DNA from: Lingula anatina
Lineage: Eukaryota > Animalia > Brachiopoda
Length of the DNA: 64,000 bases
NCBI GenBank assembly: GCA_051362555.1
Contig: CM120641.1
Coordinates: forward strand, 21,700,001 to 21,764,000
Direction of reading: 5' to 3'
Position 1 is the stretch's first letter, and each line of letters begins with the position of its first letter. The translations under genes and the position numbers were made by a program. Below, piece after piece: positions 14,001 through 24,778 of the stretch. Below the pieces are notes generated by a model. The model worked only from the letters and a program-made list of their open reading frames with translations, made no database searches and had not been told where the DNA came from.

Positions 14001-15176
14001 CCATTAAATCAAACTATAAAATCTTCTCTCCTACAATGTACTCAGCTTTAGTTTACTATGTACAATAAATAGATATCCAGTGTTAAAAGCCAATATAACA
14101 TTTCTTGAGTTCTGAATGTTTTTCTTTTTATTATCTATTACTGTTCCTCTTAGGGAAAATAATTTTACCTTATAAGAAATTGCCCTTTACAAAAATAAAT
14201 AAATAAATTGACAGATGTAAAACTAATTTGTTTTTCCTGTTGTAAGCTTTCTTATTCATGTTTTCTGTGTTTACAGTACTGAGCAAGATAAAGTATGGAA
14301 GCCAATACAATATGGTGAAACCTATACATGCTTCAAACTATGCTGTCGACAGCAGGAGCAAGTGGATGCAAGGGTTTCTTGGACTTCATGAATCAATTGA
14401 GAGCATAATGTTAGGTGTATCAATTTCCTAAAATCATCAAATGTCTCAATAAATTTCAGCAGTGCGTGACACAAAGAATGACAGATAAAAGCCGAAGGAA
14501 AAATTCAGACCTGTCCAGAAGTAGTGATAGATTTTAAATGTTGTTTTTACCTAAGCAGTATCTTTTAGACTAGAGCAGAAGTTATTAAATTATCATTAAT
14601 AGGAGTGCTGGAGGCTGATTATGCAGACCAATGCAGTCTTGGTCATGATAATATGAATTCAGTTGTAGGTGAATTCCTTTTATCCAAACAATTTCGTTGA
14701 ATAGTAGGACCATTTAGTAATTAAAAAAAACTTTGATTTACTTAAAATCTAATTAAGTCGCCACTTTGTCCCAATTTCAACTCGTTCTCAAGTTGACTAC
14801 ACTAGTTTACTATTTCACCATAACTTGTATTACAGTATGTAAGCAAAAATGTAAATATAAATGTTCCCTGGTTCTGCTAAAAATCGACAAAACTTATGTC
14901 CAAAACGAAAGTATTGCAATCCGACTTTAAGCAAAAACCTTAATGTTACGAGTGTCATTTTCCTATTAAGAGCTCACCTTTTGAGTAACCTGTACTGTTC
15001 GTGGCAAAATTCGGAACAAATTCTCGAGCATGAACATTTCGACCTGGTACGAACTCGGCAGCATTCACGTTCATTTTAGCGAAAGATTTGTCCATACCTT
15101 CGGATACGTTGGAATCACCTGCCTCATTTTGTTCCCATGAATCAGGTGTGTAATTATGATTACTCGCACCGTCCAT
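6362..15176 (-). CDS. GSPT1: Eukaryotic peptide chain release factor GTP-binding subunit eRF3, 13 coding exons
   Basis: Exons (minus strand): 15176-14978, 13824-13759, 13062-12855, 12436-12359, 11922-11742, 11257-11103, 10101-9955, 9638-9545, 9242-9162, 8718-8545, 8180-8091, 6883-6712, 6405-6362; phases are compatible. Motifs: tandem PAM2 ([20 protein letters not shown]), [45 protein letters not shown]. Confidence 0.97.
7678..7713. repeat. (TG)n microsatellite
   Basis: Uninterrupted TG run. Confidence 0.9.
9376..9444 (-). ncRNA. Intronic box C/D snoRNA with a 28S rRNA guide (candidate counterpart of yeast snR72)
   Basis: Same strand as host eRF3: terminal stem ATGGT/ACCAT, perfect box C ATGATGA (9435-9429), box D CTGA (9387-9384), C'-like GTGAAGA, and a 10-nt guide GCACGTCAGA directly 5' of box D that is complementary to the conserved LSU rRNA segment UCUGACGUGC. 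Confidence 0.8.
10470..11081 (+). mobile_element. 5'-truncated, degenerate RTE-clade LINE remnant with poly(A) tail
   Basis: Broken frames read ...[35 protein letters not shown]... and ...[17 protein letters not shown], matching the C-terminal RT region of RTE elements (ESVLLYGSEAWTLT...YTRML...LAGH); an A tract follows at 11038-11081. 5' boundary approximate. Confidence 0.75.
11972..12144. mobile_element. MITE (173 bp) with terminal inverted repeats and 5-bp TSD
   Basis: TIR CTGGGGTAGCGCTAGCA ... TGTTAGCGCTACCCCAG; AAACT flanks both ends (11967-11971, 12145-12149); internal TTAGCC/GGCTAA subrepeats. Confidence 0.85.
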
Positions 15177-15499
15177 TGTATACCTGTCTTTCAAGCTTTT
15201 TTTCGACGTCCTGCGAAAACCAGCTGTAAAAGAACCTCGTGTGATTTCTACGGTGACGTCACGAGTATGGTACTCTTTTTGCACATGCGCGTTTAGTCTA
15301 TACGGATTGACACGAGGCAGCACGGACAGCATTATCTTGGAGCTTTTGTAACTTTAGTATATGATCTTTGTTAAACTTACATGATTGAGCTCTAAAAACA
15401 CTAAATCAACATCATTTGTTTCATTCCGAATATCAAAATCAAAAATATAATCTTGCTCTCAGTGCGAAACTTGGCATTGTGGGATAGAAAGACGACAAA
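15177..15499. promoter_or_regulatory. Shared bidirectional promoter of eRF3 and LUC7L3
   Basis: Divergent start codons only 323 bp apart; locally CpG-enriched; perfect CRE palindrome GTGACGTCAC at 15253-15262, NRF1-like GCACATGCGC near 15281-15290, YY1-like AAAATGGCG over the LUC7L3 ATG. Confidence 0.75.
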
Positions 15500-16446
15500 A
15501 TGGCGGGCGGTTATATGGCCCAAATGTTGGATGAGTTAATGGGTAGAAACAGGAACCTAGACCCAAGTGAATCCAAAGCAGACTTCTCCTGGGATAGCCC
15601 TGAGGTAGTGGTGGTTTGTAGGAAGAAATTTATAATTCCAGAAGTAATAAGCATCATCTTTAACTGGGCCCTAAGTGAGACCACGCTTCTTAATTTCTCA
15701 GAACTTCATTACTTTCAGTATTCATTGTCTTATTTTCAGGTTTGTAAGCATTTTTTGTGCGGTTTTTGCCCCTGTGAACTTTTTATCAACACAAGAGCAG
15801 ATTTAGGTAAGTTTTTGTGTGAATGATTATTATTGAATATTAGTTCAAAAAATCTCATATACTCAAATCAATTTCAATTCAGTTACACTAGAAAAGCACG
15901 CTGAGAGTGCATACCTCCGCCAAGGCAGCAAAGTTTCCACCCAATGCAGTTTCACCCCTAAATTTTCATCCTATAATGATTTAGTTTTTTTATTTTTGGA
16001 TTATTGATTGATTATTGATCCATATCACCACCAAAAACTAATCATCTGTTCCTTGGCCCACTTCTGACAGTTCCTAAAAATTTCATCAAAATCGGTGCAT
16101 ATCTTAGTTATTTGATTATTGATTGATTATTGATCCAGATCACCACCAAAAACTAATCACTTCTAAGTTAACCCATTTCTGACCTACCCTTATATTCCAT
16201 CGAAATTCATCGATAACTTTTTGAGTTATGTTGATGACAAACAGACAAACAAACAGGAATGAAAACGTGACCTCCTTGGCAAAGGTAATCAAATCAGTAG
16301 AACACTCAACAGCAATAAATTTGTAGGAACAATATAACAAAAAATTGGGTATATGGAGGATTTCAAAGTTTATTAATCACTTGTCATGACTCCCTGATGC
16401 CTATGGTTGTAATTGCACGGAGAGGTATAACATCAAACTCCAGATC

Positions 16447-16489
<43 letters not shown>

Positions 16490-19400
16490 CTTACTTTAAT
16501 GTTGCATTTCCCTTGTTAGAATGATAAAATACAAGAATGCCATACAAAGAACAGAAACTATAGACAAATTTAAAGCTGATGCCTGGCAACTGTACAAAAA
16601 AGTGTGTCACGGCGTTGTGATGTCGCTAAATTACTGCAATGCAATGATGTACATATGCATGGTAGTGATGTGACAGCATTATAGGATGTTTTTGTCGGGG
16701 ATTTATCTTGTTATTGATACATACTTATCACAAGGGTAATGACTCCAGTAACTGAAAATAACATTATGTCTAGCATTTTCAACTATATAAGGGAAGTATA
16801 TCATTAACCTAAATGTTGAAAGTTTTTTAAAAAAATATTCACAAAAATAATGCAGTCCTTTGTATGTTGTAAGATTGATCAGTGGACAACTGATGTTATA
16901 TGATCAGCGCATATCTTTCATTACATTTAAGTACACTTGCTCTCTAAGCATTAGAATTTTTTATCATCAATCATAGTGTGCTAAAAATCCGGAAAATTGG
17001 TTGTTGTTTCTATGAGAAGGTAAACATTTTTTTCTTTCAGGTCAATGTAACAAGATTCATGACGAGGACTTAAAAAGACAGTAAGTCTAATTTTGAGAGT
17101 TTTCATTGTCAGAATTTGTTCCTTAAAAATTCAGTACAACTTAAAGATCCATTAAAAGAAGTTCACTAGTATTCATTAGCAATTTTGTAGCAAGATGTTT
17201 TATTTATCACTAATTACGAAACTGAAGCAAGCCTACATTCACAGTAACGCATATAAACCACTTCTACTAGTTCTTTATCCAACTAAAATACAACAGGCCA
17301 AAGGGTAAACCAAATTGAATACTAGGTTGGTATTTCTTTAAGTTATGCTTTTTTAAACCATGTGATAGCATATGGTTGGGTTTAGTGGCAAAGACTTAAT
17401 ATGCAATTTAAAGTGTTGTAAAAAATGTTTTAGCATGGCTTATGACTGTCTAACAATATTTTAAGGTACAGTGAAAGCCCAAAATTTCAAAAGATGGGGT
17501 TTGAGGAAGACTTTGAAAGATATTTGAATACTTTGGTAGCAGATGTTGAAAGACGTATCAGAAGAGGACATCAAAGATTATCACTTAACAACAATGCAGG
17601 CACAGTATGTACACTACCAAAGATAAAACACAATGTGGATATTAAGTAATGATAATTGTTTTTCCTATTTTTCTTATAACTGATATGTAAAATTGAATAT
17701 CACAGTGTTTGTTAAGAACAAATCTGTTTTAAGATGGAATGATAAACACCCAAGTACTTTTTGGAAAAAATGTTGTTTCTTATCCGCTTTGTTAATAGAT
17801 ATAGCTATGACATGTTTAACATTTTTTTCCTTTTTATAGCCAGGCAACCCGAACCCTATAGCAAAGGATGAAAAGATAAAAATGCTGACAGAAAGAATAA
17901 ATGATTTAGTGGAACAGGTAATTTCCCTTTATTTATTTATTTATTTTGAATTTATGTATTTCTTTTGTGAGAGATATTTTCATTAATTCCCATTTTCTCT
18001 TCATGTTGATTTATATGTGCATGCATTGATGCTTGTGTTCAGATGATACCAACTTGATTTTTTGCTTCATTTTACCCAGATTTCCAGCATACCATACCAA
18101 TAAATTTATTTACCCAATTTGCTCCACCTCACTAATTGTTTAATTGTTTCATACCTTGTAGGCAGAAAATCTTGGTTGTGAGGGCAAGGTGGAAGAAGCT
18201 CAAGGTGTGCTCAAGCTCTGTGAGCAGTTGAGAGAAGAAAGAACTCAGCTTGAGACTGTAAGATTTTTCCCCACAGATATTATTTTAAAATAGAGAAAAT
18301 GGTTAAGAAACCTCTCAATGTGAGGAATTCGGAAAAAATGTGTATTGCTCAACATTTAAAATAGAATGCTGATTTTCTAAAACTTTGGGTATAAATTGTT
18401 ATGTATTTAGATTATTTATTCAGTAGAAGAATGGGACCAAGCGCCTGTGTCCAGCAGGCTGATTTGATGGTATTTTTTCCAGAGCAGTGCCCCAGACCCA
18501 CAGTTTAAGCAGATGGAGGTGTGTGATGTGTGTGGAGCCTTTCTAATCGTAGGGGATGCCCAGCAACGCCTGGAAGAGCACCTCATGGGCAAACAGCACA
18601 TGGGCTATGCTCGAGTTCGTGCCACTCTTCAAGATTTTCAGGTGGGTGCTCAGAGCGTGGCTTTATCCGCTGTTCTCTTCTCATGTTTTAGAGCCTGAAA
18701 ATTGCTGCAGAGAATGAGAAGCAGATGGAAGTATGTGATGTGTGTGGAGCTCTTCTAATAGTTGGCGATGTACCGCAAAGAGTGGATGAACATCTGATAG
18801 GCAAACAACATGCTGGTTATGCCAGAATACGTGCCTATCTTGAAGAGAAAAAGGTATTTTTTGAATCAAACCAAACTAGCGTCACTCTGGCATCTTATGC
18901 TTGTTTTAACATGAATGAAATTGATTAATTTGTATAAGTCAAATGTGATGGTTTTTAGGTACATGGGGAAATTGTGCTGAAACGAAGCTAGATATTGTCT
19001 GCTGACAGGAGACCCTTGAGTTCCACTGGTTTTTGTCAGTGTATAGATTTTACAACTGTTTAACAGTAGTTCAGTCTCAAAAGATTTACAATTATAGTAA
19101 TATTCAAGTGATGCTAGTGTGAACCCATCCCTATGTAACAAAATGTTGGTGATTTATTTGTTACTGTAGGATATGCATACTTTTACTTGCAGGACAAGAG
19201 GAAAAAGGTTGAAATTGAAAGAGAAGAGCGACTGCGCAAGGAAAGAGAAGAGCGTGAGAAAGAAAGGGAAAAGGAACGTGAGGAGAGGCGTCGTAAAGAA
19301 AAGGAGAGAGAGGATAGTCGAAGGAGAAGAAGCAGAAGCAGAGATAGAGAAAGAAGAAGAAGTAGAAGTAGAGACAGGTTGGTGGCTATTTACAGCCAAG

Positions 19401-20147
19401 CATTCTCAATATTCATACTGGAGGAATTAAATGTTGCATGATATAAACAGAGTTAGGAAATCCAAATAATAAAGTTTTTAAAAAGATGTTTTACATATGT
19501 TTTCAGAAGGAGAAGGTCTAGAAGTCGAGATCGCCATTCAAGGTCAAGAAGATCACGCTCACGTGAAAGACGTAGGTCCTCATCTAGAAGCAGAAGTAAA
19601 AGGTCACGCAGCAGAAGCAGAGGACATAAAAGTAGCAGACACAGGTCAAGGAGCAGAGAGCGTGAAAGGTCCAGGAGAGGCAGTAGAGAACGGTCAAGAG
19701 AACGTGACAGAAGATCTAAGGAAAACGTTGATGAACCAAAACCAGGTTTGCGTTAGGATGGCTCTGTTATTCTAGATAGAAATAAGTTATCTTTCCCACT
19801 TGCTTTACTCACTTCTTCTAAGTACATTAGTTCATTTTTGATTTCACATATCTTACACTGAGTAAGTTTAAAATAGGGTTGAATTCAATTTTGGGTTTGC
19901 AGATACAGCTGTTGAAGAAAAGGAAAACGGCATCGATGAAAAATCTTCAACTGCAGAAGAAATTAAGGAAGAGGTAGACCTGAAGGAAAGCATTGAAGTG
20001 GGAAGTGGGGATAAGACTGATGTCAACGAGGATAGCACTGAGCCCCTCAGCAGCAAAATCCCACCGCAATCAGCACCAGAGAGCATAGAAAACAGTGACA
20101 CTTTGGATTCACTAGGCTCTGAAGGTGAAAGTGAAAGCAGAACCTGA
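15500..20147 (+). CDS. LUC7L3: Luc7-like protein 3 (U1 snRNP-associated splicing factor)
   Basis: Exons 15500-15604, 15740-15806, 17041-17080, 17466-17604, 17840-17917, 18162-18257, [18483-18641 or 18692-18853], 19193-19377, 19507-19745, 19903-20147 (TGA). Motifs MLDELMGRNRN, ZnF1 CKHFLCGFCPCELFINTRADLGQCNKIH, VERRIRRGH, EGKVEEAQG, ZnF2 KQMEVCDVCGAFLIVGD...HLMGKQHMGY, then RE- and RS-rich regions and an acidic tail. Confidence 0.96.
15887..16289. mobile_element. Non-autonomous Helentron/Helitron-associated-type element
   Basis: One end ACTAGAAAAGCACGCTGAGAGTGCATACCTCCGCCAAGG, other end ACCTCCTTGGCAAAGGTAAT preceded by (ACAA/ACAG)n, with an internal duplicated unit TTATTGATTGATTATTGATCCA.ATCACCACCAAAAACTAATCA. 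Family assignment is from recalled architecture only. Confidence 0.6.
16449..16486. repeat. (ATT)n microsatellite
   Basis: Pure ATT run. Confidence 0.9.
18483..18641 (+). CDS. LUC7L3: LUC7L3 ZnF2 exon, copy A (159 nt, phase 0-0)
   Basis: ttttttccag|AGC...CAG|gtgggt; encodes SSAPDPQFKQMEVCDVCGAFLIVGDAQQRLEEHLMGKQHMGYARVRATLQDFQ. Confidence 0.92.
18692..18853 (+). CDS. LUC7L3: LUC7L3 ZnF2 exon, copy B (162 nt, phase 0-0)
   Basis: tgttttag|AGC...AAG|gtattt; encodes SLKIAAENEKQMEVCDVCGALLIVGDVPQRVDEHLIGKQHAGYARIRAYLEEKK. Confidence 0.9.
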
Positions 20148-23100
20148 ACTACTAGGTTTTCTAATTGATTCAAGGTAAGTGTTCAGTTTGTTCTCCATTC
20201 ATCAGCACAGCTGAGTTGGTTGATTTGATTCCAATGATCAACAGGTGAGTGGGGTATATGTTCAGTGGAACTGCAGACAATAGTAGTAGTAGTGCTGGAA
20301 GCTTGCCTGTATGTGACATTACTGGGTCATTACGTTTGATTGCTTATGTTGCTTTCAAAGAAAATGGGGGGGACTTAATCATTATACCTTGAAAATTACC
20401 CCCTCCCATCCCCCAACCACCCCTCCAGCCAGAAAAAATGTTAAGGTACATAGCAGCTTCCGAATGATGTAACATTTCAGCCTGTTTTTATGGAAATTAC
20501 ACACAAAACTAAAATGTTACTGAGGAAGATATGGTGTCTTCCAGTACTGCTGGGATGATGTTGCTAAAGGATGGTGTCACCATGGAAATATAAGGCTATA
20601 ATTATTATCTTTGCCACCATTTATTGTCATTTAAAATTTTATTATTGAGGGTGGGAGACCGCATGGAAGTAAATTGTGGCCGTTATATTTTTATAACATG
20701 TATGGAGTAAATTAATGTTGGGGACAATATCACTTGCTCATTTGTGCCTTCATCATGCTTTGACTTGATTTGTTGTAACTTGACCGGTGACCATGGAAAC
20801 AGTGGTCTCCTGCTGAAGAAGGGGCTCTGCGCAGGGAGAACTTATATAACATCAGCCAAGGTCACTATGATTGATCAGATTCTTATAACATCGGGATGAT
20901 GCAGGTATGATGTAATAAAGGCCATAATACATATCATGTAGTGTGCTGTATAGGGGGTTTGTTCTACATATTTTGTTTACTGCATTCATGAAATAGAATG
21001 TATCATGCATGCACTGTATGTAGTGATACATTTGTTGATGTTGGAATTAGCCATTTACAGTACATTGTATTTACACTGGATCTCTAGCATTCTACAGCAT
21101 TTGTTCCAGAGGAAAGTTGAAGATCTGGTGGTATTTGACAATGCAGCACCAAACACAGAGGTAACACTGCTGTTTCATTTCAGTGTAGCTTTAATCTTTT
21201 GTTTATCTCTCAGCAGAACCTGGTGTTGGGCAGCTTTTTGTAATTATTACTCACCATACAAAGTAAGCTTGTTCTTACCACAGCTGACTGGAGGAGGATG
21301 CAAGAGGTATGGAAAGAATGTAACTTGTTTTCAGGCATATCTTGAAGCAGAGGGGTCCCAGACACCGTGAGGTTAGTGAACAGTATATATTTAAGAAGTA
21401 TGTGAATTTATCACCTGTTATCTGTATATGGTTAAATAGTCCTGCCAGTCCATGGACATCCCACACAAGATGGAAGATTGAAGAGGACATTCCCATTAAA
21501 GGTGCCAATTTATTCATTTATTTTTTACGTATGGTAAAGTTGCATGTTTGGTATTTTGTGTGTCCTTGTGTATTTTAGATATAACCGTTGTTCTACGCCA
21601 GCCTCTGACTCTGCATCGACACTACTGGAAACAAAGTTACCATAGCACAAGATCAGCAGGTATTTATATCTTGGACCCCTGTGTACTGCCTTCAGCCTAA
21701 TTGATGAAAAAAAAACCCAGTGGACAGCAGACAGAAAGAAGTAAACAGCCAGAAGACCTGCTTGATTATGCTTCATTTCAATGGGTAGTAGGGAGGGTGG
21801 GTGGGTATATGATATTCAAATGGGGCAGTGGGTATATAAGGAAACAAGACACAAGTGAATACAAATGCTTCGATTTGCACCAATATCTTGAACTCTGTAT
21901 AATTGTTATCATGGTGTCCAGTCTCCAATTTATTAAGAGGTATGTGTGATTTTGAGTGCAGTCTGTAGCATTTGATTTTTGTGTACCCCTGTATTTTGTA
22001 ACTGGTAGCTTTCCTACTACAGGATAACAGAAAGTGATTTATGTTGTAAATATCAGTAACTTGAATTAAAATTCTCATCAAGTTTGATTACATGAAATCC
22101 TTATTTCTTCTATTATATCAGTTAGTTTAATGGGTAGTTGATGGAAAAAATCGACAATTGTTATATTTCAAACACATATCTGTTCATGAATTCATAATTT
22201 TGGGTGTGAATTTTATTGTATGCAGAAATTCACCTAAACATTTTGTCTAAAGATATTTCCAGAAGTTTTTGGTTTGTCAAATGCACAATGACTGTTTATT
22301 AGCCAGAGCTGTGACCTTTATTAAGCTGTTAATTGACAAAGCGAAAAAAAAATGAATAAGGATCAAAAAGAGGAAAGAAAATGAAATAGAAAAAATCTAG
22401 AATTTATTACACATTTATTGAGTACACATTTTCATTTACTAGATATTTTCAGGAAAAAAAAACCTTTAGAGTTTAAATTTGAATGTTGTTTATGAATGGA
22501 TCAATAAATTTATTTGTTGATTATAACAATTTTTCAAATTTTTTTCTGATAATAAAGGGAAGTTGAGAATAAAATGGTGAATTTTGTTTCATTTCAACTT
22601 GTTTTCCAAAGACTGCACCATACTAGATAGTATCAGAGTTGAAAATTCTGTTACAAAAAAAAAAAAAAAAGCACAGAATTTTGAAACCGGTGTAATTTTT
22701 AACAACAAATGTGGCTTGACATCACACATTAACAAAGTGTGTAAATTATATTTCAGTTTGCATTGAATATCTAAGATTCTTATCAACAGCAAGCAAACAT
22801 GGCTACTTGTCCATGCATAAATAATATTAAATTATAATTGAATATAATAAAATAGTATAATAAATTGATGAATTTTGTTTTTAGGCATTGCCCAATTTGG
22901 GTGTAAAGAAAATAATATACTGCCGTAACAGGTGTGATGCAGTTAACATAATGTAAGAATTTTTTTCCAAGTTGACCAAAACATGTCTATGTCATATATC
23001 TTAAAATGACATTGACACAATTTTCAGTGCTGATACCAAATTTCTTGCAATAGTTAATTCCAGGAAACTAGCCTTTTATTTAAAATAAATTAATAAGTTA

Positions 23101-24778
23101 TTTACCCAGATAGAAATACTTTGATCTTGAACTCATGGTGAAAAGATAAAATTCTGAATTTATTGTGCCTCCTGACAAACAATGCTTATAAATTAACAAA
23201 TTCATAAAATTAGCCTAAGTACTAGAGCACCAACTTAAACTCCACAAAATTGGGTGAGATTCTAGTTCTTGCAACAAAACATGGGACTTATGTTTTGCAG
23301 AAATAAATGTCATAAAAAGTGCAAAAATTCAAGTTAATATGTGTAGTGGGTACAAACTGAATACAAAGCCGATTACTGTTGGAAGACTAATCTTACAGTT
23401 ACTTAAAAACATGGTTACATTTTTAAACAAAAGAAAAACTGTTTTTAACAGTCTGATAAAAGCTTTGCAATAATAAAAAAACCTTTGTAAATACCCTTCC
23501 CATATTTCTGATATAAATGTTACCAAGATTTTTATATGCCTGTAAACTTGAAAAATACTTCAATAAATGAGAAACAAAAATACTTAATCCTATATATAGT
23601 GGTACAAGCAGAAACCATTGGCAACAATTATTTTTGATCTTAAAATGTACAACATGATCCTTTGAACATAACAAATATGATTTTTTTTTGTGAATATTTT
23701 GATACATAGTATATATTAACTCATACTTTTCACCTTGAAGGCATATCATTATGGTCAAAACCTTATAGAGTATTCCCTTTCACCTCCAAGATGGCACCAT
23801 ACAAAAAATAAGCATGAAAGGTCAGTTCATTATACCAATTCTTGTTCTTGAATTATGACTGCAATCCTGGTTTGATATGTAAATAAATGTACATCACATA
23901 TACAAAATTTGTATATTCAGTTTTACCCTCTCCAATAGACCCCCACCATTATACAGAAGCACCAGGATATATCATTTCAAACTTAATTATAGACAAAAAT
24001 GCATGGTGTATTTTATTGAAGTTTTTTTTTCTTTTTCAGATGTTGATATGCAAATTTCTCAAATGTATGTTATGTCCTTTAATCTATCAATGATGAAAAA
24101 TAATGGTGCTGTTCTTTAGTAATTTTATACAATCATCAGGTAGACAAGGCGATCTCATTTTATTGCACCAAGAGAAGGAAAAGGTTGAAATTGGATAGGG
24201 TAAATAAAAGTAGGTTAGCATCAAGAAGCATGTGATGCAGGTGCAAGAAAAATTTCCACCCCAAGACAAATCCCAAATATGGTCTCTTAAATTTCAACAA
24301 ATTGTGTCAAGGTTCATCTACAACCTTTGTTCTGGAGAACAGCACCATGCAACATATTGACTACTTGTAACAGTACTGTTGCTTTTTAGACTTCATAAGT
24401 CTTTAAGTACAAAAATATTCACTGAAAATTATTTAAACTAGGTTATTTTGTTTAATACATTTGTAATGTTAATGACTTAATTTACTGTAGCTTAAATAAT
24501 AAATATAATTTCAAATGGGATTTCTAATTACTGTTCCCTCTGCCACACAAGTCCCACAAATACTTGATTTTTAAATCTTCTTTACTGCCTCTTCTTATAT
24601 CTAGATCCTGTTTTGGACAAAAAATCTTAAATGCCTATTTTAGTGGTCTACATATCTTTTGACATATCATTGATACTCTTTGTTCTCAGGTAGTTTTCTT
24701 ATCCTAACAACATGCGGATTTTTAATATTAACTTGATTACAACTTTGATAGAAAAATCGAAATAACGTGCCTAATTAC

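Noticed and set aside
15177-15332. 52-aa in-frame N-terminal extension of eRF3 in the ORF track
   Set aside because: It runs through the shared promoter motifs and has no recognisable eRF3 similarity; MDGASN at 15176 is the more plausible start.
2025-20173. Antisense and alternate-frame ORFs over real exons (e.g. 2025-2363, 11692-11958, 12879-13079, 19154-19399, 19497-19775, 19868-20173)
   Set aside because: They are shadows of the CANT1, eRF3 and LUC7L3 coding exons and low-complexity RS/RE codons.
20145-20528. SECIS element plus selenocysteine readthrough of the LUC7L3 TGA (a second in-frame TGA follows 7 codons later)
   Set aside because: The hairpin has an AUGA/GA core but lacks the unpaired AA 11-12 nt after it, the apical region is too long and there is no SECIS-type internal loop. 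The readthrough peptide has no selenoprotein-like context.
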